DNA from: Deltaproteobacteria bacterium
GTDB taxonomy: Bacteria > JAGRBM01 > JAHCIT01
Length of the DNA: 48,244 nt
Assembly: GCA_026129095.1 (NCBI GenBank)
Contig: JAHCIT010000002.1
Coordinates: forward strand, 512,530 to 560,773
Reading direction: 5' to 3'
A program made the position numbers and the translations under genes. Below, in pieces: positions 19,980-28,047 of this stretch; the first letter of the stretch is position 1, and every line of letters starts with the position of its first letter. Under the pieces are notes generated by a model that saw nothing but the letters and a program-made list of their open reading frames with translations, did not search any database and had not been told where the DNA came from.

Positions 19980-21098
19980 TTATTGCTGTCTTGAGGCAAG
20001 CCAGCGGATCGAGGGCACGTGAGCTTCGGCAGCAGCAAGTATTTTACTGTGCCAGCGGCCAGTTTCCCGCCGGTGCAGCATCAGAACCGCTTCGTCCTTG
20101 CGTACCGATTCGGGCCGGTTGGCCGGTGACCGCGGAAGCTCAAACTCCAGCCAGGCGCCCGGCCGTCTGTCCAGGGTTCGTGAAATACGATCCTTCAGGT
20201 CGAGATACTGGCTGTTAGAAAAGTACCCAGTCGTAATGGAATTCCAGAACAAAACGGGTGTGGACCCGGCGGACCATTCCTCCGGCTCCAGCCCGTCCGG
20301 TAGCTCCATCTGGCGGAATTCAATTTTCGGCCTGCCGGGACTTATAGCAGCTTCAAGCCCCAGCTCCAGAAGCTTCATCCGCTCGGCCTGGTCTGGCCAG
20401 ACGAGTGCTTTCAGCCACAATTGTGTCTGGGGGTCAGACGCATCAAGAGGATTCCTGTCAATGCCAATTCGCCGTGCGACCTGCCAATCGAAAGTGCGAG
20501 GCGCGTCGCTTCCGGTCACCGGCGTCTCGAGGGACGACTGACCAGGACCTCCGGCGTAAATCCGGTCGCCATTATCATAAACAGTAACCCACCCTAGACG
20601 GTCAGCGGCGAGGGAAAGCCCGGCGCTGGAACCCAGTTCGACCAGATCGAACTGCCGGAACTCCAGCACAGAAGCTGCAAGAAGCCAGCAGGCGGACCGG
20701 CGTATCTCGTTTGTCTGGATCTGACCGCTCCGGAGTGTTTCCATTACAGCCGGGGACGGAGCGGACAGAAGTGACTTTACGCCCTCAAGAAAGTCTGCTG
20801 CCTCGGATCTGTCCAGCCCGACCGGCAGGCGCCGGCCATAGAATGTCTGCAGGATTCTTGCGGAGGGTTCTCCTCGTAAAACGGCGGCGTGGATCGATGC
20901 CGCAACAACCAGCGGAGACTCAAACCAGGCGCCGAAAGTCCGCTGTGCCCAAGTCGTTTCAAGAAGCCTGCGAAACCATTCCTCTTCCCTCCACCACTGG
21001 CCCAGCGCATTGAAAAGAATTTGGTACAGGGGAGACCGTTCCTGGCAGAATTTCGCCTGCTTGTCGCAGATATCGGCAAAACCAGAAGGTACGGGCAT
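19980..21098 (-). CDS. DUF2332 family protein (methyltransferase-like fold)
   Basis: 'QTNE.RR', 'LVELGSSAGL.L', 'RIGIDRNPLD', 'WL.ALVWPDQ.ER'. Confidence 0.85.
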   Translation of the reverse strand: MPVPSGFADICDKQAKFCQERSPLYQILFNALGQWWREEEWFRRLLETTWAQRTFGAWFESPLVVAASIHAAVLRGEPSARILQTFYGRRLPVGLDRSEAADFLEGVKSLLSAPSPAVMETLRSGQIQTNEIRRSACWLLAASVLEFRQFDLVELGSSAGLSLAADRLGWVTVYDNGDRIYAGGPGQSSLETPVTGSDAPRTFDWQVARRIGIDRNPLDASDPQTQLWLKALVWPDQAERMKLLELGLEAAISPGRPKIEFRQMELPDGLEPEEWSAGSTPVLFWNSITTGYFSNSQYLDLKDRISRTLDRRPGAWLEFELPRSPANRPESVRKDEAVLMLHRRETGRWHSKILAAAEAHVPSIRWLASRQQ

Positions 21099-21114
21099 GG
21101 AACGCCAGCCTTTG

Positions 21115-21426
21115 TCAGACTTGAGGCTCAGCGCCTAGGCGGGATGCCAGAGCTTGCATTTTCCGGGCAAGCGCGGTGTCGAGGTCAGAGATTGCCTTGA
21201 GATCATGGGTGATGAGATCAACGGTGATGTAGGCCCAGACATTAAACCACTCAGGATGGTGATCCATTGCCTGCGCCTCCGCGGCGATGGCCGACATAAA
21301 GCCGATTGCCTCAGGAAATCCGGTGAATTTCCATTTCACATGGAGCTTGCCGCTCTCGATCCGCCAACCAGGAAGCAGCTTCAGGGCGTCAGCAATTTCG
21401 GTATCCGTCAGTCTTCTCGCGCGCAT
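21115..21426 (-). CDS. phhB: Pterin-4-alpha-carbinolamine dehydratase
   Basis: 'AEAQAMDHHPEWFNVW', 'LITHD...ISDLD..LA'; AGGAG RBS before ATG 21426. Confidence 0.92.
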   Translation of the reverse strand: MRARRLTDTEIADALKLLPGWRIESGKLHVKWKFTGFPEAIGFMSAIAAEAQAMDHHPEWFNVWAYITVDLITHDLKAISDLDTALARKMQALASRLGAEPQV

Positions 21427-21618
21427 TGGGAATAGTCTCCTGATGTTGGCGACGGTAGCCGCCCGGGGGATCCCGGCGTCAACCGGTATGTATGTGCAGG
21501 CGCGAAACATAGTTCGCACTGCGCTCGCTGATACGCGTTTGGCTTCTGGGGATAGAGCATAAAGAACAATGATTTTTACCGGCAGATTCGGTAAAGATAT
21601 CGCTCATCAGAGTGGCGC

Positions 21619-22659
21619 ATGAAAACCAGCTGCCACGGAGGCCTGCAATCTAAAGTGAAGCCATCACCGCAAGAGATGAAGATGCTCTATGAGAAGATGC
21701 TGCTGTGCCGGCGCTTCGAGGAAAAAGCCGCTGTTGCGTACGGTACGGGCAAAATCGGTGGTTTCTGTCATCTTTATATCGGACAGGAGGCTGTTGCTGC
21801 TGGCGCTCTCTGCATGCTTCGCAAGACGGACTATGCCATTGCAGCCTATCGTGAGCATGCTCACGCAATCCTGAAAGGAATTGACCCCAAATACGTCATG
21901 GCCGAGCTGTATGGAAAGGTCACCGGCTCATCACGTGGCAAAGGCGGATCAATGCACATCTTCGATATGGACTGCCGTTTTCTGGGTGGACACGGGATTG
22001 TGGGCGGCCAGATTCCGATCGCTGCCGGCGCCGGATTTTCCATCAAGTACCGCAAGACCGATGATGTTGTGGTTTGTTTCTTTGGCGAAGGCGCCATTCA
22101 TCAGGGCGTATTTCATGAGTCAATGAATCTGGCAGCCCTGTGGCACCTGCCGGTTATCTTCATTTGCGAGAACAACCGCTATGGCATGGGCACTTCACTG
22201 GAGCGTGCATCGTCCATATACGACCTTTCCAAGAAGGCGCTTGCCTACGAGATGGAGCGAGGTGTGGTCGACGGCATGGACGCGGTGAATGTCTGGGAAC
22301 GGGTGTCGGAAGCCGTTGATTATGCCCGGCATACCAAGAAGCCGACCCTTCTGGAAGCCCGTACCTACCGGTTCCGCGGCCACTCGATGTCTGACCCGGC
22401 TACCTACCGGACCAAGGACGAGCTGAATGAAATGAAGAGCCGCGATCCCATCAGCCTGCAAAAGGAGCTCCTTGTAGCCCAGAAACTTGTTGACGAGGCG
22501 TGGTTCGAGGAAGTGGATAAGAAGGTCAAGGCCGAAATGGAAGTGGTGATGAGATTCGCCGAGGAGAGTCCGGATCCTGATCTGGCCGAACTTCATGATC
22601 ATGTGCTGGTGGAGCCAGAAGAACAGTCGCAACGGGAAGGAGCGAAGTCTGATGGCTGA
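21619..22659 (+). CDS. pdhA: Pyruvate dehydrogenase E1 alpha
   Basis: 'KIGGFCHLYIGQEA', 'GKGGSMH', 'FFGEGA...ENN', 'TYRFRGHSMSDP'. Confidence 0.96.
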   Translation: MKTSCHGGLQSKVKPSPQEMKMLYEKMLLCRRFEEKAAVAYGTGKIGGFCHLYIGQEAVAAGALCMLRKTDYAIAAYREHAHAILKGIDPKYVMAELYGKVTGSSRGKGGSMHIFDMDCRFLGGHGIVGGQIPIAAGAGFSIKYRKTDDVVVCFFGEGAIHQGVFHESMNLAALWHLPVIFICENNRYGMGTSLERASSIYDLSKKALAYEMERGVVDGMDAVNVWERVSEAVDYARHTKKPTLLEARTYRFRGHSMSDPATYRTKDELNEMKSRDPISLQKELLVAQKLVDEAWFEEVDKKVKAEMEVVMRFAEESPDPDLAELHDHVLVEPEEQSQREGAKSDG

Positions 22660-23635
22660 ACTTTCCTACCGCGAAGCGCTGAATCGTGCGATGGCAGAAG
22701 AACTTGCGCGCGATCCCGATGTATTCCTCATGGGCGAGGAAGTGGGCCTTTATCAAGGTGCCTACAAGGTATCGAAGGGACTGCTCGAGAAGTTCGGTGA
22801 AGGAAGGATAATCGACACACCTATTACTGAAGCAGGCTTCGTCGGGGTTGGTATCGGCGCGGCCATGTGTGGATTGAGGCCCATAATCGAATTGATGACT
22901 TGGAACTTTTCGTTTGTGGCGTTTGACCAGATTGTGAATAACGCCGCCAAACTCCGGTACATGTCCGGCGGCAAGCTGAAGATCCCCATTGTTTTCCGGG
23001 GGCCGCAAGGCGCCGCTCATCAGCTCGCCGCCCAGCATTCACAAACCGTTGACGCACTCTACAGCCATTTTCCGGGTCTGGTTGTGGTCGCACCGGCAAC
23101 TCCGCGGGATGCTTATGGGCTGCTCAAATCGGCCATTCGTGACGATAATCCTGTGATATTTCTGGAAAGCGAGGTGCTCTATAACGCCAAGGGGCCGGTG
23201 GAAGATAACGAGTTCCTGCTTCCGATCGGAAAAGGTGAAATAAAGCGCGAGGGGACAGACGTTACCGTCGTTGCCTGGAACAAGATGCTGTATGTGGCCC
23301 TGACGGCTGCGGAACGGCTTTCCCAGCAGGGCATATCAGCCGAGGTGATCGACCCGCGTACGCTCCGCCCGCTGGATGATGAGCTGATCTTCAACAGTGT
23401 CCGGAAAACAAACCACTGTGTTATTGTGGAAGAAAGCTGGCCGCAGAATAGTGCAGGAGCGGAGATTTCTGACCGGGTTCATCGCCAGTGTTTTGACTAC
23501 CTCGATGCTCCGGTAGCAAGGGTAAATTCGCAGGATGTGCCGATGCCGTACGCCAAATACCTCGAGCATGCCGTCATGCCCGAGGTATCTCAGGTGATCG
23601 ATGCAGTAAAACTGGTGCTGTACATTGAAGATTAG
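22652..23635 (+). CDS. pdhB: Pyruvate dehydrogenase E1 beta
   Basis: 'MGEEVGLYQGAYKVSKGL', 'DTPITEAGF', 'AAQHSQ', 'FDYLDAP'; start overlaps the pdhA stop. Confidence 0.96.
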   Translation: MAELSYREALNRAMAEELARDPDVFLMGEEVGLYQGAYKVSKGLLEKFGEGRIIDTPITEAGFVGVGIGAAMCGLRPIIELMTWNFSFVAFDQIVNNAAKLRYMSGGKLKIPIVFRGPQGAAHQLAAQHSQTVDALYSHFPGLVVVAPATPRDAYGLLKSAIRDDNPVIFLESEVLYNAKGPVEDNEFLLPIGKGEIKREGTDVTVVAWNKMLYVALTAAERLSQQGISAEVIDPRTLRPLDDELIFNSVRKTNHCVIVEESWPQNSAGAEISDRVHRQCFDYLDAPVARVNSQDVPMPYAKYLEHAVMPEVSQVIDAVKLVLYIED

Positions 23636-23660
23636 GGGTCTTTTCAGGGAGTAACGCGCG

Positions 23661-24977
23661 ATGGCTTACGTGCTGACGATGCTGCGCCTTTCGGACACGA
23701 TGACCGAGGGAGTGCTGCTCAAGTGGAAGAAAAAGGAAGGCGACCGTGTCGAGGTAGGCGACGTCATCGCCGAGGTTGAGACTGACAAGGCGGTCATGGA
23801 TCTGGAGTCGCCTGAGGCTGGTGTTCTTCGCCGGTATGTGATTCTGGAAGGCGCTACAGTACCTGTTGGCGCACCTATCGCTATTATTGCCGAAGCAGAT
23901 GAGAAAATTGACGAGGTCCTGGCCTCCCTGAAAGGCTCAGGCGATGCAGCCCGGCCCGTTTCGACCAAGCCGCCGCCTAAAGTGGTGAAAGCTCCAGAAG
24001 CTCTGCCGAAGGCCGGCGGCACAGCAATACCTTCATTGTCAGAGCCGGCCGAAACTGGCGACGGACGGATAAAGGTGTCTCCACTGGCGGCACGGCTGGC
24101 GGCTGAGCATGGCGTCAAGCTGGACCGCATCAAGGGCTCGGGGCCGGGTGGCCGGGTAGTCAAAAAGGATGTGGAAGCGGTGCTGGCTGCTGGAGCCAGT
24201 TCCGACGCCGTGACGCCACCCGCTCCCGCCGAGCTTCCTGTCGCGCCTTACTCGCAGAAGAGCAAGCTCCTGGACAGCGGAGACGAATTCCTGCCGGGTG
24301 AAACAATGCCGCACTCCCAGATGCGGAAGACGATCGCCCGCCGGATGACGCAGTCCAAGCCTGGTGTTCCTCACTACTATCTCACCATCGCGGTGGATAT
24401 GGAGAATGCGATCGATTTCCGCTCGCAACTCAACAAGGCGCTCCCGGAGTCGGACAGGATTTCCATGACCGATGTGATTGTAAAGGCATCGGCACGTGCG
24501 CTCACGCAGAACCCACGTGTCAATTCCAGCTGGACCGACGGGGCCACAGTGCTTCATCCGGCGGCCCATATCGGGCTTGCGGTGGCACTGCCAGATGGAA
24601 TTCTGACACCCGTGATCCGGGACTGCGAGCGGCGGGGTCTTCTGGACATTTCCCGCGAGCGGCGGCTCCTGACCCAGCGTGCGCGTGAGCGCAAACTGGC
24701 TCCGGAACAGTTCACCGGAGGAACATTTTCGATCTCTAATCTGGGGATGTATGACATCGCCCATTTTACGGCGATTATTGCCGAGCCCGAGACAGCAATC
24801 CTGGCCGTTGGAATGATCCGGGATATCGCCGTGGTCAGGAATGGCCAGGTGGTACCGGGCAAGCGGATGGATATCACTATGTCGTGCGACCATCGGGTTA
24901 TTGATGGCGCGGTCGGCGCAGCCTTCATGCGGGACCTGAAGGGAATTCTTGAAAATCCGGCCACACTGACGCTGTAG
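23661..24977 (+). CDS. pdhC: Dihydrolipoamide acetyltransferase E2
   Basis: One lipoyl domain 'EVETDKA'; PSBD 'SPLAARLA...GSGPGGRV'; catalytic 'DHRVIDG'. Confidence 0.96.
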   Translation: MAYVLTMLRLSDTMTEGVLLKWKKKEGDRVEVGDVIAEVETDKAVMDLESPEAGVLRRYVILEGATVPVGAPIAIIAEADEKIDEVLASLKGSGDAARPVSTKPPPKVVKAPEALPKAGGTAIPSLSEPAETGDGRIKVSPLAARLAAEHGVKLDRIKGSGPGGRVVKKDVEAVLAAGASSDAVTPPAPAELPVAPYSQKSKLLDSGDEFLPGETMPHSQMRKTIARRMTQSKPGVPHYYLTIAVDMENAIDFRSQLNKALPESDRISMTDVIVKASARALTQNPRVNSSWTDGATVLHPAAHIGLAVALPDGILTPVIRDCERRGLLDISRERRLLTQRARERKLAPEQFTGGTFSISNLGMYDIAHFTAIIAEPETAILAVGMIRDIAVVRNGQVVPGKRMDITMSCDHRVIDGAVGAAFMRDLKGILENPATLTL

Positions 24978-24997
24978 GAAACGGACGAAATAGCAGT

Positions 24998-26404
24998 ATG
25001 AGCGATACCCAGTACGACCTGATCGTCGTCGGCGCCGGGCCTGGAGGATACCCGGCCGCGATACGCGCTGCACAGCGAGGCCTGAAGACGGCAATAGTCG
25101 AGCGGGATACCTTAGGAGGCATCTGCCTCAACTGGGGCTGTATCCCGACAAAGGCGCTTTTGAAGACGGCAGATCTGTACGATCATGTGAAAAAAGCGGC
25201 CGATTACGGCATCCAGGCCGGAGAGCCATCGCTGGAGTGGACCCGCGTAATTCAGCGCTCGCGGCAGGTGGCCGACCGGCTCTCTAAAGGTGTCCAGTCG
25301 CTGATGAAAAAGCACAGGATTGATGTGCTTTACGGCAACGGGGTTATCGAAAAAAGGAACCGTGTGGTCGTTACCAATTCGCAGCGGCAGGCAACGGCTT
25401 ATGCGGCAAAATACATCGTCATTGCGACTGGAGGCCGTCCGCGACAGTTGCCAGGCATTGAGTTCGATGGCCGCCTTGTTATTTCCTCGAAAGAGGCGAT
25501 GGTGCTCACCGAGCGGCCGAACTCGATCGCTATTATCGGGGCAGGAGCCATTGGAGTAGAATTCGCCAGTTTCTACGGATCAATGGGATCCAAGGTGACG
25601 CTCATAGAGGCGCTCCCCCAGATTCTCCCGATGGAAGACCTGGAGATCGCGGGTACCGTTCACAAGTCACTGGAAAAGCGTAATGTGGATATTTTCACCG
25701 GCGCGAAGGTCGAAAGGGTGCTACCGGCCGACGGTATTGTGACGTTGTCCATTCAGCCGTCGTCCGGCGAAACTGTAAGCGTGAAGGCTGACAGGCTACT
25801 TGTTGCGGCGGGAGTTTCTGGCAATATTGAAAACATTGGACTCGAAGCACTCGGCGTGAAGACGGAAAAGGGTTTTGTCGTAGCGGACCGGACCACTTAC
25901 GCGACAAATATCTCCGGCATTTATGCCATTGGCGATGTAATCGGACCGCCGCTTCTGGCCCATGTGGCAACCAAGGAAGCCATCGTTTGTGTGGATCACA
26001 TCACTGGGCATACACAGAGCTATGTAAACTACGACAATGTGCCAGGCTGCACTTACTGTTCGCCGCAGGTGGCGAGTGTGGGTTTCACCGAATCGAAGGC
26101 AAAAGAGAAATACCCGGATCTCGTCAGGGTAGGGCGCTTTCCGTTCCGGGCGTCAGGCCGGGCACTCGCTTCGGGTGATCACGATGGACTGGTCAAGTTC
26201 ATCATCCACGCCCAAACAGGCGAAATACTCGGTGTTCACATGGTGGGTGCCGAGGTAACGGAACTCCTGCCCGAAGTAATCATGGCTCGAGAAATGGAAC
26301 TGACGGTGCATGAGCTTCATTCCCTGATGCATGCACATCCGACACTCGCCGAGGCTGTCATGGAGGCTGCCGCCGATGCGCTGGGCGAGGCCATACACAT
26401 CTGA
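24998..26404 (+). CDS. lpdA: Dihydrolipoamide dehydrogenase E3
   Basis: 'GAGPGG', 'GGICLNWGCIPTK', 'HAHPTLAE'. Confidence 0.97.
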   Translation: MSDTQYDLIVVGAGPGGYPAAIRAAQRGLKTAIVERDTLGGICLNWGCIPTKALLKTADLYDHVKKAADYGIQAGEPSLEWTRVIQRSRQVADRLSKGVQSLMKKHRIDVLYGNGVIEKRNRVVVTNSQRQATAYAAKYIVIATGGRPRQLPGIEFDGRLVISSKEAMVLTERPNSIAIIGAGAIGVEFASFYGSMGSKVTLIEALPQILPMEDLEIAGTVHKSLEKRNVDIFTGAKVERVLPADGIVTLSIQPSSGETVSVKADRLLVAAGVSGNIENIGLEALGVKTEKGFVVADRTTYATNISGIYAIGDVIGPPLLAHVATKEAIVCVDHITGHTQSYVNYDNVPGCTYCSPQVASVGFTESKAKEKYPDLVRVGRFPFRASGRALASGDHDGLVKFIIHAQTGEILGVHMVGAEVTELLPEVIMAREMELTVHELHSLMHAHPTLAEAVMEAAADALGEAIHI

Positions 26405-28040
26405 AGACCGGGGTCCCGACAGTCCACTGGAAATAGAACTGTGGCGGTCCCGGCAGCCGGTTCCCTATGGCCCTTCTTGGGAGCGGCAGAAAGAACATGC
26501 CCGTCTGGTGGGTGAAGGCCGTGCGCGTCCCGCGCTCTGGCTTCTGGAACATGAGCGGGTCGTCACCGTTGGCCGGAGCGGTGCTGAAGGGCTTCTGCAT
26601 CAGACACCGGATGAACTGAAGGCCCGGGGAATTGATTTCTTTGAGGTGGATCGCGGCGGCAAGGTCACCTGGCACGGACCGGGCCAATTGGTGGGCTATC
26701 CGCTGATGCCGGTGCAGCAGATCGACCTGGTACCTTACGTTCACCGGCTTGAGCAGACGATTATCGACACGCTCGCCCATTTCGGCATCGACGCATGGAC
26801 CGATCCGCCCTTTACCGGCGTCTGGACCGAGAAGGGAAAGATAGCTGCTATTGGTGTACGGCTTGCTGGGAACGTGACAACACACGGCTTCGCTCTGAAT
26901 GTCCGGAACAGGCTGGACGACTTCGCATATATCGTTCCCTGCGGGCTGGAGGGCAAAGCCGTAACATCCGTAGAAGCATTTTTGGGTGAACAAACGCCGG
27001 AACTTGACGCGGTGGCGCACCGATTTGTGGAAGAGTTCACTCGCCAATACGATATTCTGGTTGCCATTGAACGCGAAATCAGCGCCGGCGGCGAAGTGGT
27101 CCAGCTTCCGGCTCGTGAAATTCCACACAGGGACCGATCGAGAATTGTCGCCTATTACGAAGAAGGCCTGTCGGGCCGAAAACCGTCATGGCTGAAGGTG
27201 GCAATTCCTTCCGGGCGGAACTTCGCTGATCTCAAAGCCCGGGTTGCTCGCGAAGGGCTGAATACGGTCTGTGAAAGCGCTTCGTGTCCCAACATTGGCG
27301 AGTGCTGGGAGCGGCGCTCGCTCACGCTGATGATATTGGGCAACACCTGCACCAGGCGGTGCGGTTTCTGTGATGTTGCTACCGGCCGGCCCTTACCAGT
27401 CGATCCAGAAGAACCCCGCCGGGTATCGCGGCTTCTCGCCAGTCTCGATCTGGCTTACACGGTTATCACCTCTGTCGATCGTGATGATCTTTCGGACAAA
27501 GGGGCAGCGCATTGGGCAGCGGTGATCAGAGAGGTCCGCCAGGGGAACCCTGGTATGCGCATCGAGGTGCTAGTGCCTGATTTTCAGGGTGACCGGGTGG
27601 CACAGGAAATGGTTTTTGCCGCTAGGCCTGATGTACTGGCCCACAATCTGGAAACCGTCCCGCGTCTGAATCGTCTCGTTCGCCCGCAGGCCCGTTATGA
27701 GCGTTCGCTGGAGTTGCTTGAAAGCTCGGCCAAGTGGCCTCTTCTGACCAAAAGCGGTCTCATGCTGGGACTCGGTGAAACGGATGATGAGGTGATAGAG
27801 GTCATGCGTGACCTGCGCCGGGCTGGTGTGGGAATTATGACGCTCGGACAGTATCTACGGCCATCAATTGCACATCTGCCTGTCACCCGCTGGGTTCACC
27901 CGGACCAGTTCGCGGCGTTCAGGGCATTCGGTGAAAAGGATCTCGGCTTTCTTCGTGTCGAAAGCGGGCCCCTGGTCCGCAGCTCTTATCACGCCGATGA
28001 ACCGGGTTTGGACGCACTACAGAAAACCGCATTGCGCTGA
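26331..28040 (+). CDS. lipB-lipA: Fused octanoyltransferase LipB - lipoyl synthase LipA
   Basis: LipB: 'LLEH..V.T.G', 'DRGGKVTWHGPGQLVGYP', 'KIAAIG', 'HGFALNV', 'IVPCG'. LipA: 'TVCESASCPNIGECW', 'CTRRCGFC', 'GQYLRPS', 'VRSSYHA'. Both are in one frame; true start uncertain. Confidence 0.92.
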   Translation: MHIRHSPRLSWRLPPMRWARPYTSEDRGPDSPLEIELWRSRQPVPYGPSWERQKEHARLVGEGRARPALWLLEHERVVTVGRSGAEGLLHQTPDELKARGIDFFEVDRGGKVTWHGPGQLVGYPLMPVQQIDLVPYVHRLEQTIIDTLAHFGIDAWTDPPFTGVWTEKGKIAAIGVRLAGNVTTHGFALNVRNRLDDFAYIVPCGLEGKAVTSVEAFLGEQTPELDAVAHRFVEEFTRQYDILVAIEREISAGGEVVQLPAREIPHRDRSRIVAYYEEGLSGRKPSWLKVAIPSGRNFADLKARVAREGLNTVCESASCPNIGECWERRSLTLMILGNTCTRRCGFCDVATGRPLPVDPEEPRRVSRLLASLDLAYTVITSVDRDDLSDKGAAHWAAVIREVRQGNPGMRIEVLVPDFQGDRVAQEMVFAARPDVLAHNLETVPRLNRLVRPQARYERSLELLESSAKWPLLTKSGLMLGLGETDDEVIEVMRDLRRAGVGIMTLGQYLRPSIAHLPVTRWVHPDQFAAFRAFGEKDLGFLRVESGPLVRSSYHADEPGLDALQKTALR

Positions 28041-28047
28041 AGCGCAA

